Assembly (NCBI GenBank): GCA_963823995.1
Contig: CAWGNQ010000006.1
Coordinates: 173,610 to 237,609 of the forward strand
DNA length: 64,000 nt
Source: an uncultured Acidobacteriota bacterium
GTDB lineage: Bacteria > Acidobacteriota > UBA6911 > RPQK01 > JAPXNP01
Direction: 5' to 3'
In this document: positions 9,503-19,613 of the stretch, one piece after another
How the letters are laid out: each line of letters opens with the position of its first letter
How positions within the stretch are numbered: the stretch's first letter is position 1
The notes under the pieces: generated by a model
Seen by the model: the letters and a program-made list of their open reading frames with translations, nothing else
Databases searched by the model: none
Told to the model about the DNA's origin: nothing
Translations under genes and position numbers: made by a program

Positions 9503-10286
9503 GATGGAGTTCTATCAGGACAGTCATTGGACACCTGAGGACCGTGTGATCCTCCGGGTCTCCCGGATCTTCGGCGAATGCGAGCTGACGATGCCGGCGG
9601 AGTTCCGTAAGAAGGTCTACGAGTACATCGAAAAGTGGAAGACCACACAGCGATTACGGCTGGCCATTCGGCGAGCGCGGGATAACGGCTGGGATACGGT
9701 CGTCGGCGACACGATGCTCAAATACCATTTGCCTCCCCAGTTCTTCTTCCTGGGTCTCCAGGAAAGCAGCTATGACCCGAAGACGATCGGTCCAAAGACT
9801 CGTTTCGGGATCGCCAAGGGAATCTGGCAATTCATCCCGGCCACGGCCCTTCGCTACAAACTGCAGGTGGGACCTCTCGTGGAGCTGCCGCGCTTCGACC
9901 CGAGAGATGAGCGCTTCACCTTCGAGAAGGCGACGGATGCTGCGGCGCGCTACATCCGCGACATTTACAATACCGAGGCGCAGGCGTCCGGACTGCTGGT
10001 CATCGCCTCCTACAACTGGGGCGAACAGAACGTCCGGAGCCTCGTCCGAAAGCTCCCGGAGAACCCCCGCGATCGGAACTTCTGGCAGCTGCTCGAGCAG
10101 TACGGCAGGAGGATTCCGACAGAGACGTATGACTACGTCTTCTACATCGTGTCGGCGGCCGTCATCGGCGAGAATCCCAAGCTGTTCGGATTCGATTTCG
10201 ACAATCCTCTCCAGACGGTCTCCAATCAGACGGACCGGCAACGCTCCGAAGTGCAGAGTCAGAAGATCCCCGACACGACCAACTGA
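9405..10286 (+). CDS. Lytic transglycosylase (SLT domain) protein; probably the C-terminal continuation of the FHA protein
   Basis: SLT motifs ESSYDP...GIAKGIWQFIPATA...ASYNWG. The coiled-coil sequence continues in this frame from about 9384 (ISRLQARVEETGDQQSQEEL), upstream of the GTG called at 9405. Confidence 0.6.
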   Translation: MEETGDQQSQEELSGYRRQQDAMVRNYDRFLDEMEFYQDSHWTPEDRVILRVSRIFGECELTMPAEFRKKVYEYIEKWKTTQRLRLAIRRARDNGWDTVVGDTMLKYHLPPQFFFLGLQESSYDPKTIGPKTRFGIAKGIWQFIPATALRYKLQVGPLVELPRFDPRDERFTFEKATDAAARYIRDIYNTEAQASGLLVIASYNWGEQNVRSLVRKLPENPRDRNFWQLLEQYGRRIPTETYDYVFYIVSAAVIGENPKLFGFDFDNPLQTVSNQTDRQRSEVQSQKIPDTTN

Positions 10287-10329
10287 TCGGTCGCCTGCGC
10301 GTTCACGACGACAACGCCGACAAGGATTT

Positions 10330-10361
10330 CAGGCACAGCTCCGAGTCGGATGCTGTGCCTG
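10330..10361. terminator. Strong hairpin (10-bp perfect stem CAGGCACAGC/GCTGTGCCTG, 12-nt loop) between the convergent SLT gene and blaI-like gene
   Basis: Perfect inverted repeat read directly from the sequence. It sits between two convergent stop codons. No T-tract follows, which is common in high-GC genomes. Confidence 0.4.
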
Positions 10362-10389
10362 ACGGACGTAGGGCTCACTTCGTTCCGCC

Positions 10390-10782
10390 CTATTTCTTCT
10401 TCTTGGCGTCTTTCGCTTCCGAAAGATCCCGTTCCAGCGTCTCGGCGACTTGCTTCTTCTCGAGCGGGGTCAGGTACTCTTCGCTCACCAGAGCCTGGAC
10501 GAGTGGTCCGGCGGCTCCGGAGAACGCCTTTTCGATGAGAGACTTGAGGGCAGAACGCTGGGCCTGCTGTCGGGTGATCAAGGCAGTGTACAGTCGGGTG
10601 TTTGCCCGCAGTCGGGAGCGGAGAGCCTTCTTTTGAGCCAGCCGAACCATGATGGTTTGTACCGTCTGGTAAGCCCAGCTCGTTTGAGGTTCCACAACTT
10701 CCAGCACATCGCGCACACTGCTTTCCACAGGACGGTCCCACACAGCGTTCATGACGATCCATTCCGCATCAGACAATCGCAT
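10390..10782 (-). CDS. BlaI/MecI/CopY-family transcriptional repressor
   Basis: N-terminal winged helix MRLSDAEWIVMNAVW...TVQTIMVRLAQKKAL and a C-terminal dimerisation helix. Start at 10782 has an AAGGAG SD 7 nt upstream. Confidence 0.8.
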   Translation of the reverse strand: MRLSDAEWIVMNAVWDRPVESSVRDVLEVVEPQTSWAYQTVQTIMVRLAQKKALRSRLRANTRLYTALITRQQAQRSALKSLIEKAFSGAAGPLVQALVSEEYLTPLEKKQVAETLERDLSEAKDAKKKK

Positions 10783-11032
10783 CTCCGAACTCCTTCTTTG
10801 TGCCATTCCTCGTTTGTCCCAGGCGCCATCGGGCCGCCGAACATCGGGCGACTCCAGGCTGACCCGGGTCTCCCCACAGTTAGCCTCGAGGTCCTTGAAG
10901 GAAGATGATCATGAGCCGTCCCAGCACTCCGGTCGGGTCTCGCGACCCACTTCCGTGTCTGCGTTCACAGAATTCCCGGAAACCGACGTGGCCATGCTCA
11001 GGTCCCCCACCAACCCAAGGTAGAACACATTT

Positions 11033-11049
11033 ACTACGAATCGTGTAGT
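11033..11049. promoter_or_regulatory. Candidate operator: ACTAC-N7-GTAGT inverted repeat carrying TAC/TGTA half-sites, next to an AT-rich stretch, upstream of the blaI-like gene
   Basis: Inverted repeat seen in the sequence. BlaI/CopY-family operators are TACA/TGTA dyads, but the spacing here is atypical. Confidence 0.25.
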
Positions 11050-11151
11050 GGGCACAAGACCCTCAGGCGAATATTCTTGTATTTTCCGTCAATAATTCTA
11101 GGAATTGACCCTGAACAGAAATCGGGAGGTCGGCCGGCGAGCTGCCGGGGA

Positions 11152-12486
11152 CTACTCCAGCTGATCGAGGAAGCGGGTCACCTCGATCCGGTCTTTTTGG
11201 GCAGCGAGCGCCCTTGCCGTCCAGCCCTGGGGTGTCGCCGCATCGGGGTCGGCACCCCCTTCCAGCAGCGCTTTGACCGTTTCCAGTTGACCCTCCCACG
11301 CTGCATACATGAGGGAAGTCATCCCCTGGCGGTCGGTGAGGTCGGTCCGAGCGCCGTGCTCGAGTAGGACCTTGACGGTTTCCGTGTGGCCTGCGCCGGC
11401 CGTGGTTGCCAGGAGCGGGACGCCCTCCTTGTCTTTCCGATTCGGGTTGGCTCCCGCTTCGAGAAGTGTGCGGGCGGCGTCGCTCTGACCTTTCGACGCG
11501 GCCCAGGCGAGGGCGGTCCAGCCGTCCCGGTCCTGAGCCTCGAGTTGGGCTCCCCGCTTCAGGAGAAGTCGAATCGCCTCCGAATGTCCTCCGAGCGCGG
11601 CCCACATGAGAGCCGTTCTCCCGTCGTTGGTCCAGACGTTGACCTCGGCCTTTCGCGAGATCAACAGGTCGAGCATTTCGGTTCGGCCGTTCGAGGCGGC
11701 CAGCATGAGCGCGGTCCGGCTCTCAGCGTCCTGGATCCGCGGGTCCGCACCGTGTCCGAGCAGGACCTCGGCCGCACCTGTGTGGCCTTCCGAGGCAGTC
11801 TGCATGAGCGGAGTCCTCCCATTGGTGTCGCGTGCGTCGGGGTCGGAGCCGCCTTCGAGCAGCCGCCGGACGGATGGAGCATCGCCGGTGAGGGCCGCCC
11901 ACATCAGAGCCGACCAGTTGGCCGAGTCGACCGGGGCGACGCTCGCCCCTCGCGCGAGAAGAAGATCGATGACCTCCGAGTGACCGTTCATCGCCGCAAA
12001 GATCAGGGGAGTGCGGCCCGACGGATCGATCTCCTCGAGGCCGGCGCCATGTTCGACCAGAACTCTCACGGCATCAGCGGAGCCTGCCTCGGCGGCCCTC
12101 ATCAGGGCCGTTCTGCCGGCGCTGTCGCGGGCCTCGAGAGCTGCCCCGCGATCGAGGAGCAGGGCGACGATGTCGCCTTTGCCCAGCTCGGAGGCAAGCA
12201 GAAGGGGAGTAGCACCGTCCTTGTCCAGGACGGTCGGATCTGCCCCGGCATCGAGGAGCGCTTCGACGAGCTCACGGCCCCCCTTTTCCACGCCGAGCAT
12301 CAAGATGGTCCTCCCCTTTCCGAGCTGGAGGTTGGCGTCGGCACCGTCTTCGAGCAGCGAGACGACGGCGGCCGAATCTCCTTCCTCGGTACGGGAAACC
12401 AACTCCCGATTGACATCGGCACAAGAAATCACAAGCAGGCCGGTAGCCAGTGACAGAAAGATCGAGGAGCAGCGCTTCGGATGCAC
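11152..12486 (-). CDS. Ankyrin-repeat lipoprotein (about 12 ANK repeats)
   Basis: Signal peptide with lipobox LLVISC. Repeated G-TPLM-A--GH motifs every 33 aa. AAAGGAGGTG SD upstream of ATG. Confidence 0.8.
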   Translation of the reverse strand: MHPKRCSSIFLSLATGLLVISCADVNRELVSRTEEGDSAAVVSLLEDGADANLQLGKGRTILMLGVEKGGRELVEALLDAGADPTVLDKDGATPLLLASELGKGDIVALLLDRGAALEARDSAGRTALMRAAEAGSADAVRVLVEHGAGLEEIDPSGRTPLIFAAMNGHSEVIDLLLARGASVAPVDSANWSALMWAALTGDAPSVRRLLEGGSDPDARDTNGRTPLMQTASEGHTGAAEVLLGHGADPRIQDAESRTALMLAASNGRTEMLDLLISRKAEVNVWTNDGRTALMWAALGGHSEAIRLLLKRGAQLEAQDRDGWTALAWAASKGQSDAARTLLEAGANPNRKDKEGVPLLATTAGAGHTETVKVLLEHGARTDLTDRQGMTSLMYAAWEGQLETVKALLEGGADPDAATPQGWTARALAAQKDRIEVTRFLDQLE

Positions 12487-12553
12487 GACAGCACCTCCTT
12501 TTCCGGCAGGGCTCGTGTTCAGGGACCCCTGCGAACATGTACGGACTTGGAAC

Positions 12554-14998
12554 CTAGAACGTCGTGAGGCTGAGCGACGCCTCCGGCAGGCCCTCAGCCG
12601 TCGCCGTTAGTCTGATAGTACCAGCGTTTTTCGTCGACTCAACCACGACGAGGCATTTGCCGTGAAAGGCCTTGCGATGGTCCGCCTGAAAAGACTGGTG
12701 ACTGATCTGGCTGCCGTTGTCGACGCCGATGATCCGGCCACCGCCTTCGATCTGGAAATCCACAAGGTTGTCAGCGAGAGGAACGACCGTTCCATTTTCA
12801 TCCACGACCCGCACAGTAACGAACGCAAGATCCCTTCCGTCGGCATGAATCCGGTCACGATCCGCTTCGAGTTGCAGCGCAGCCGGGAGCCCGGCCGTCC
12901 GGATCTCGCGGACCAGGGTTTCTTCGCCGGCGACCCGGCCGATCGCCTTCAGCGTTCCCGGCACATACTTCAATCGCCACATCAGATGGAGATTGTCGGG
13001 CCCCCGCTTGCGAACTCCCTGGGACTTTCCGTTGAGGAACAGTTCGACTTCCTCGCAGTTGGTATACGCCCAGACGTCGATCGTGTCGCCGTTCTCCCAG
13101 TTCCAGTGGGGAAAGACGTGAAGAACAGGCGTCTCGGTCCACTCGCTTCGAAACAGGTAATAGGAATCCTTGGGGAAACCTGCCAGGTCGACGATGCCGA
13201 AGTAGGAACTCCGTGCGGGCCACGAATAGGGGGTGGGTTCCCCGAGATAGTCGAAGCCGGTCCATATGAACTGTCCCGAAAGGAAGTCATGCTTTTGGAT
13301 CACCCTCCAGGTTGCTTCGAGCGTCGAACCCCATGGGACCCGGCAATTGTCGTACGCGGAGCAGGAGTAGTCGGGATTTCCCTTGAAGGGCCGGTTACCG
13401 CGGGCCGGCCAGATTCGAACCTCGTCGGAGGGCATGTCATAACTGCCGCGCGTGGCCAGAGCGGAACAGGTCTCCGTCGCGATGAATTTCTGATCGGGGA
13501 AATTCTCGAGGAATTTTGGATAGTCCTCGTGATGATAGTTGAGGCCGATGAGGTCCAGGGCGCCTGAGCGAACCAGTGAATTGCTCGGCTCAGGATTGTT
13601 CATCGCAGCCGTAATCGGCCGAGTCGTATCCAGTTCCCGAACGATCCCCGCCAACTCCCGAGCGATCGAAACACCGGATTCATCCCACTGCTCCCTCACC
13701 TCGTTGCCGATGCTCCAGATCGTCACACTTGGGTGATTTCGGTCGCGGAGGACCATATCCTCGAGGTCCCGCTTGTGCCATTCGTCCCAGTCCAGGTGGT
13801 AGTCGTACTCCGTTTTGCCCATCGCCCACATATCGAAGGCTTCGTCCATCACGATGAGTCCCATTCGATCGCAGAGTTCGAGCAACTCCGGTGCTGGAGG
13901 ATTATGGGATGTGCGAAGCGCATTGACTCCCATCCCCTTGAGGATTTCGATCTGCCGCTCCAGTGCCCGGGTGTGGATCGCAGCTCCCAGACAGCCGAGG
14001 TCATGGTGATCGCAGACTCCGTTGATCTTCATGTTCTTGCCGTTGAGGAAGAAGCCTTTGTCGCGATCGAATGAGAATTCCCGGATCCCGAACGGTGTTT
14101 GGTATTCGTCGCAGACCCGCTGGTCCCGGAGGCATGCCACCTGTGACACTGCTTTGTAGAGATTGGGCTCGTCGATCGACCAGAGGCTCGGTGACGCCAC
14201 GTGGAAATCCTGGGAGAACACGGCCGTCGAACCCGCTGTTATGTCCTTATCCGCGGAAACGCGAGTGACCTCCTTGCCGTTCGGGTCGTAGAGGATCGTG
14301 GTCAGCTGAACCCCTTGATCACTCTCCGCCGCGTTCTTCACCGTGGTCGCGACATGCACGGTTGCCGAGTCGGTTGCGATGGTCGGAGTCGTCACGAAGG
14401 TGCCCCAATGATCGACGTGGACCTTTTCGGTCACCTCGAGCCACACGTTGCGATAGATCCCGGAGCCTGAATACCAGCGGGAATTCGGCTGCTCGGAGTT
14501 GTCGACCCTGACCGCCAGCACGTTGGCCGTGCTGCCGAGGTGCAGATGGGGAGTCAATTCATAGCGAAACGAGCTGTATCCGTACGGGCGTTTGCCGAGA
14601 TAGGCTCCGTTGATCCAGACCTCGCTGTTGCGATAGACCCCGTCGAAGTCGATGAAGACGAGGCGGTTCGCATCGCTTTCCGGGAGCGTGAAGGTCTTCC
14701 GATACCATCCAATCCCCCCGGGCAGGGCCCCACCACCGGGAGTGGCAGGATTGCTCTCGCTGAATTCTCCCTCGATGCTCCAGTCATGAGGGACGTCGAG
14801 GGTTCTCCAGTTGGAATCATCGAAGTCCGACGCCTGGGCGTCCGTGACGTCTCCCAGATGGAATCTCCATCCGGCTCCGAAGTTGGTGATCTGGCGTGAA
14901 CTTTCGGTGGACGGCTTTCCTGGGGGCACACAGGAGCCGATGAGCAGCGAAATGAGGATGATCATCCCGCTCAATCCTGTTTTCTGTGTCATAACCAT
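12554..14998 (-). CDS. Glycoside hydrolase family 2 (beta-galactosidase/beta-mannosidase/beta-glucuronidase type), lipoprotein
   Basis: GH2 sugar-binding, Ig-like and TIM-barrel regions, including the catalytic NEV segment WSIGNEVRE. Start taken at MVMTQKTGLSGMIILISLLIGSC (lipoprotein signal). ORF track starts at a GTG at 15052. Confidence 0.85.
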   Translation of the reverse strand: MVMTQKTGLSGMIILISLLIGSCVPPGKPSTESSRQITNFGAGWRFHLGDVTDAQASDFDDSNWRTLDVPHDWSIEGEFSESNPATPGGGALPGGIGWYRKTFTLPESDANRLVFIDFDGVYRNSEVWINGAYLGKRPYGYSSFRYELTPHLHLGSTANVLAVRVDNSEQPNSRWYSGSGIYRNVWLEVTEKVHVDHWGTFVTTPTIATDSATVHVATTVKNAAESDQGVQLTTILYDPNGKEVTRVSADKDITAGSTAVFSQDFHVASPSLWSIDEPNLYKAVSQVACLRDQRVCDEYQTPFGIREFSFDRDKGFFLNGKNMKINGVCDHHDLGCLGAAIHTRALERQIEILKGMGVNALRTSHNPPAPELLELCDRMGLIVMDEAFDMWAMGKTEYDYHLDWDEWHKRDLEDMVLRDRNHPSVTIWSIGNEVREQWDESGVSIARELAGIVRELDTTRPITAAMNNPEPSNSLVRSGALDLIGLNYHHEDYPKFLENFPDQKFIATETCSALATRGSYDMPSDEVRIWPARGNRPFKGNPDYSCSAYDNCRVPWGSTLEATWRVIQKHDFLSGQFIWTGFDYLGEPTPYSWPARSSYFGIVDLAGFPKDSYYLFRSEWTETPVLHVFPHWNWENGDTIDVWAYTNCEEVELFLNGKSQGVRKRGPDNLHLMWRLKYVPGTLKAIGRVAGEETLVREIRTAGLPAALQLEADRDRIHADGRDLAFVTVRVVDENGTVVPLADNLVDFQIEGGGRIIGVDNGSQISHQSFQADHRKAFHGKCLVVVESTKNAGTIRLTATAEGLPEASLSLTTF

Positions 14999-15071
14999 AA
15001 CTCCTGGTTCCCACCGTCCGAGTGGCTGCCGAAAGCAGACCGCATCCGGCACCCGGGAGTAAGAACCGATT

Positions 15072-17507
15072 TCAGCCCAACACGACGTTCACCTCGCAAC
15101 GGGTCCCGGGTTCCTGGACGGGAACCAGGCTGCCTTCGATCTCCCGGCCGTTCGCCGTCAGACGGAGGATTCCCTTACTGACTCCCGACGGATTCGAGAC
15201 GCGGATTGAATACCGTGCTCCGCGATAGGTCCTTTCGGCGCTGAACGATGCCCAGCCGGGTGGAATGCAGGGATCGATTCGAAGGCCTTCGAGTTCGGCT
15301 CGAATACCCAGGATGAACTGTGTGATCGCCACATAATTCCAGGCCGCTGTGCCCGTCAGCCACGAGTTCTTGGCCTCTCCCGGAGTCCATGCGTCCTTTC
15401 CGGCGATCATCTGTGAATAGACATAGGGTTCCGTCTTGTGGAGATCGCTGATCTCCTCGAGATAGGCAGGACAGATCCGCCGATAGTAGTCGAAGGCCCG
15501 GGCCCCGTTGCCCACGACGGTCTCGGCGATCATGATCCAGGGGTTGTTGTGGCAGAAGACCCCCGCGTTCTCCTTGTATCCCTCCGGGTAGGATGAAATT
15601 TCGCCCAGCTCGACATGATATTTCGTGAAGGCGGGGTTGTGGAGCACGATACCATGCTCGCAGGCCAGATGCTTTCGGACCGAATCGAGCGCAGTATCTG
15701 CCTTCCCATCGTCGCGACCAATGCCGGCCATGATACTGAACCCCTGCGACTCGATGAAGATCCTGCCCTCGTCGCATTGCGAACTGCCGACCTTGTTTCC
15801 AAAGTGGTCATAGGCCCTGAGAAACCAGGCTCCATCCCAACCGTGCTCATGGATGGCCTGGACCATGGCGGCGATGTGCTGTTCGGCCCTGATGGCTTCC
15901 TCGTCGGCACCGCGGAAGCGGCACAGGTCGACATAGTCCTTTCCATAGAGGACGAACTGCCCGGCAATCATGACCGACTCGGCCCGACCGCCCTCGCGGT
16001 TCTCCGTCGTCTGGAAGGATTCGTCGGGATTGGTCGAAAAGCAGTTCAGATTGAGGCAGTCGTTCCAATCGGCTCGTCCGATCAGGGGGAGTCCATGTTC
16101 ACCGCGGTTGTTGACGACGTGGTCGAAGGATCGTCTGAGGTGTTCGAACAGGCCGGCCGAGTTCTCTTCATCGTTGTCGAAAGGAACCTGTACGTCCAGA
16201 ATCTCCGCGTCGCCCGTTTCCCGGATGTAGGCTGCGACACCCGCGATCAGCCAGAGGGGGTCGTCGTTGAAGTTGCCCCCGATCTCGTTGTTCCCCCGTT
16301 TGGTCAGCGGCTGGTACTGATGGTAGGCGCCGCCGTCCTCGAACTGTGTCGCGGCAATGTCGAGGATGCGCTCGCGGGCCCGCTCGGGGGCCATGTGAAC
16401 GAAACCGAGCAGATCCTGATTCGAGTCGCGGAAACCCATGCCGCGGCCGATTCCGGATTCGAAATAGGAGGAGCTCCGGGAGAAATTGTAGGTCACCATG
16501 CACTGGTACGGGTTCCAGATGTTCACCATCCGGTTTACCCGTTCATCGGGTGTCTCGACGGAACAGACCTCGAGCAGTCCGTCCCAATAAGACTGCAGGT
16601 CGTCCATGGCTCGGTCGACTTCCTCGGTGCCGGGGAAGCGCTCGATCATGGCATGGGCACGCCGCTTGTCGATGACCTGCGGCGAAGTGAACTTTTCTTC
16701 GTCTTCGTTCTCCACGAAGCCGAGAACGAAAACCAGATCCCGGATCTCTCCCGGTTGAAGGGGACATTCGATGCAGTGCGAAGCGATCGGAGACCAGCCG
16801 TGGGCGATCGAGTTTCGGGGCCGGCCTTCGACGACCGCATCGGGCGCCTCGAATCCGTTGTAGATGCCGAGGAAACGTTCGCGATCGGTATCGAAGCCGA
16901 CGATGGGGGAATTGACCGAGTAGAAGGCGAAATGATTCCGGCGCTCGCGATACTCCGTCTTGTGATAGAGCGCAGAGCCTTCCACCTCGACTTCGCCCGT
17001 CGACAGATTACGCTGGAAGTTCGTCATGTCGTCCAGGGCATTCCAGAGACACCACTCAACGAACGAGAAGAGTTGAATCCGCTTTGGTTCGGTCGTCAGG
17101 TTGCGAACTCGGACACGTTGAACTTCGCCCTGAAAGCGAAGCGGAACCAGGGAGAGGACCGTCACTTCGATTCCGTTTCGGGCGCCCGTCAGACGGGTAT
17201 AACCGAGTCCGTGACGGCACTCGTAGTGGTCGAGCGACCGCTTGACCGGCTTCCAGCCGGGTGACCAGAAATCCCCGTCATCGCGGACGTAGAAGTATTT
17301 GCCGCCGTTGTCGAGCGGGACACTGTTGTACCGGTAGCGTGTGATCCGACGCAAGCGCGCGTCCCGGAAAAAGCTGTACCCGCCACCGGTATTCGAGATC
17401 AGGGAGTAGAAATCATGATTGCCCAGGTAGTTGATCCAGGGATAGGGAGTCCTGGGATCCGTGATCACATATTCCCTGTTCCCGTCGTCGAAAAATCCAT
17501 ATTTCAT
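15072..17507 (-). CDS. GH94 glycoside phosphorylase (cellobiose/cellodextrin/chitobiose phosphorylase family)
   Basis: 811-aa protein with GH94 architecture (N-terminal beta-sandwich, (alpha/alpha)6 catalytic domain) and conserved segments such as GFRDSNQD and WLTGTAAW. Confidence 0.9.
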   Translation of the reverse strand: MKYGFFDDGNREYVITDPRTPYPWINYLGNHDFYSLISNTGGGYSFFRDARLRRITRYRYNSVPLDNGGKYFYVRDDGDFWSPGWKPVKRSLDHYECRHGLGYTRLTGARNGIEVTVLSLVPLRFQGEVQRVRVRNLTTEPKRIQLFSFVEWCLWNALDDMTNFQRNLSTGEVEVEGSALYHKTEYRERRNHFAFYSVNSPIVGFDTDRERFLGIYNGFEAPDAVVEGRPRNSIAHGWSPIASHCIECPLQPGEIRDLVFVLGFVENEDEEKFTSPQVIDKRRAHAMIERFPGTEEVDRAMDDLQSYWDGLLEVCSVETPDERVNRMVNIWNPYQCMVTYNFSRSSSYFESGIGRGMGFRDSNQDLLGFVHMAPERARERILDIAATQFEDGGAYHQYQPLTKRGNNEIGGNFNDDPLWLIAGVAAYIRETGDAEILDVQVPFDNDEENSAGLFEHLRRSFDHVVNNRGEHGLPLIGRADWNDCLNLNCFSTNPDESFQTTENREGGRAESVMIAGQFVLYGKDYVDLCRFRGADEEAIRAEQHIAAMVQAIHEHGWDGAWFLRAYDHFGNKVGSSQCDEGRIFIESQGFSIMAGIGRDDGKADTALDSVRKHLACEHGIVLHNPAFTKYHVELGEISSYPEGYKENAGVFCHNNPWIMIAETVVGNGARAFDYYRRICPAYLEEISDLHKTEPYVYSQMIAGKDAWTPGEAKNSWLTGTAAWNYVAITQFILGIRAELEGLRIDPCIPPGWASFSAERTYRGARYSIRVSNPSGVSKGILRLTANGREIEGSLVPVQEPGTRCEVNVVLG

Positions 17508-17523
17508 GCTGTCCCTCAGTCAC

Positions 17524-19356
17524 TCAATCATTCGGCAGGTGCTCCCACCAGGTCTTCTTGAGGATGAGCGTGGTCGTCACGATCAGAACAAGGGCAATGA
17601 CGATCCCCGTCGGTTGCATCAGGATGATGTAGATCGGAATCACCACGAGTGCGGTTTGCCAGATGATGCCTATGAAGACGTTGAACATGTCCCTCTTGAA
17701 GTTCTTGTTCTTCTCGAACTCCGGATCGAGAGCCACGACCTTCTCATAAACGGGTTTCCAGAATCCCCAGGGTCGCACGGACCGGTAGAAGGAGACCAGG
17801 GTCGTTTCGTCCGTAGGGGGGTACATGTAGGTTCCGACGAGGCATCCGACGATTGAGACGGCCAGAATCAGGGGGAAGTAGTAGAGCTCCAGGACCTGCT
17901 GGAAGATCAGCGGGAAGATGAGGGCCGGCAGGAGTCCGAAGACCATTCCCAGAAAATAGCCATGACCGTTGAACCGCCACCAGTACCATTTCAGACAGTT
18001 GGCCGCGATGTACCCTCCCCAGAGGGCCGAAACGATCCACTGAAGCAGACTGTTGACGTCCTGTGCATAGAATCCCAGCACGATGCTGATCGCCACGACC
18101 GCGACACCGACGATGTAATTGGCGTACTTGATCTGTACGTTCGAAGCGTCAGGTTTCGTTTTCAGATACATGTCGTTGATGACGTAGGCTTGCGCCGCAT
18201 TCAGGGTCCCGGCAAAGGTGGACATGAACGCCGCGAGCAGCCCGGCCAGCAGTAAGCCGGTCAAACCGATGGGCACGAACTGGTTGATGGCCGACGGGAG
18301 GATCTGTTCGAAATCGACACGCCCTCCCACGACCAAGTTGAGCTGGTCGTAGTAGAGGAGTCCCAGAACGACGAAGCCGGTAATCATGAAGTAACGGATC
18401 GGATTGAGGATCACCGAGACGAAGCCGCTCATCATGGCGCCTTCGCGAGGGCTCCGTGTGGACAGAATCTTCTGCATGTCATAGTTGGGCGCCGGGCCGG
18501 CTGCACTGACGAGAAACCCCTTGAACAACATCATCATGAAGAAGACCGAAAAGAGGGAGAAGCCGTCTTCGGCAATCTTGCGGTTCACCTCGGGAAGAAT
18601 CTGGCCCCAGTCGAGCCCGAGGTCCCACCCGAACCAGGGAGAAATCCAACCGGCGGGCACGACGAGCTGCGAATGGGACAACGCACTCATGGCGATGATC
18701 CCGATCAGCAAAGACGAAATGGTCATGATGATGTACTGGACGAGATCTGCCCAGACGATGCTGACCATCCCTCCGAGAACCGCGTAGAGCGTGGCAAAAA
18801 ACGTAAAGATGACTCCGTAGACGTGGGGAACGTATTCCGGAGGCACGATATCGGTGCTGACTCCGAGAGCCCCGCATACGGTCGGCCACGGAATGAAAAT
18901 CATGATGAACTTGCCGAGGCCGATGAAGCCGTAAGCCAGAAATCCGAGGCAACTGACGAGAGCGAACGCGACAACGATGTTGTGGGAGAGTCGAGCTCCG
19001 ATTCCTTTTCCGAACCGCGTTCCGATCCATTCGGCCCCGGTCGTGACGTTGGATCGGCGGAGCCAGATGGAGAGGAAGACCATGAGGAAGATCTGGTTGA
19101 AGGTCGGCCAGAGCCAGGGAATCCAGATCGACTTCAGACCATAGACGAAACCGATCGTCACGAGCCACATCGTGCCGGAAATGTCGAACATTCCCGAAGC
19201 GTTGGACAGGCCGAGCAGGTACCAGGGGAGCTCATTGCTGCCGAGCAGGTATGATTTCTTGCTTCGCTCGGCTTTCTTCTTGAGCACGAGTCCGATGACG
19301 ACCGTGGACGCCAGATAGGCGCAAATGATGAGAACGTCGAGTGCATTGAGTTTCAT
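17524..19356 (-). CDS. Sodium:solute symporter (SSF family)
   Basis: 610 aa with 13-14 TM helices and an SSF-like N-terminus. Its stop lies 17 nt upstream of the GH94 start, so the two are likely co-transcribed. Confidence 0.85.
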   Translation of the reverse strand: MKLNALDVLIICAYLASTVVIGLVLKKKAERSKKSYLLGSNELPWYLLGLSNASGMFDISGTMWLVTIGFVYGLKSIWIPWLWPTFNQIFLMVFLSIWLRRSNVTTGAEWIGTRFGKGIGARLSHNIVVAFALVSCLGFLAYGFIGLGKFIMIFIPWPTVCGALGVSTDIVPPEYVPHVYGVIFTFFATLYAVLGGMVSIVWADLVQYIIMTISSLLIGIIAMSALSHSQLVVPAGWISPWFGWDLGLDWGQILPEVNRKIAEDGFSLFSVFFMMMLFKGFLVSAAGPAPNYDMQKILSTRSPREGAMMSGFVSVILNPIRYFMITGFVVLGLLYYDQLNLVVGGRVDFEQILPSAINQFVPIGLTGLLLAGLLAAFMSTFAGTLNAAQAYVINDMYLKTKPDASNVQIKYANYIVGVAVVAISIVLGFYAQDVNSLLQWIVSALWGGYIAANCLKWYWWRFNGHGYFLGMVFGLLPALIFPLIFQQVLELYYFPLILAVSIVGCLVGTYMYPPTDETTLVSFYRSVRPWGFWKPVYEKVVALDPEFEKNKNFKRDMFNVFIGIIWQTALVVIPIYIILMQPTGIVIALVLIVTTTLILKKTWWEHLPND

Positions 19357-19613
19357 GGTGATTCGTCCCGCTAACCTCTGGGGCGGAGGACCCCGACGAC
19401 GAGGAGCACATTCGGGCGTACCGGCCTGCGTTGCTGAAGACGCATGCGGACGAGATGGTGTGACTCAGCCGTGGAGAGTGTTCCATTCAACAAGGGCCGA
19501 CGGTTCCAGGGCTCAAGGCGCCCCATCCACCCTTCCTGCAGATGGGGGATCGCGATCCGAGTGCGGATTGTAATGACACTACTGGATGCGGTCAAGAAGG
19601 CCATTGCCATCCA

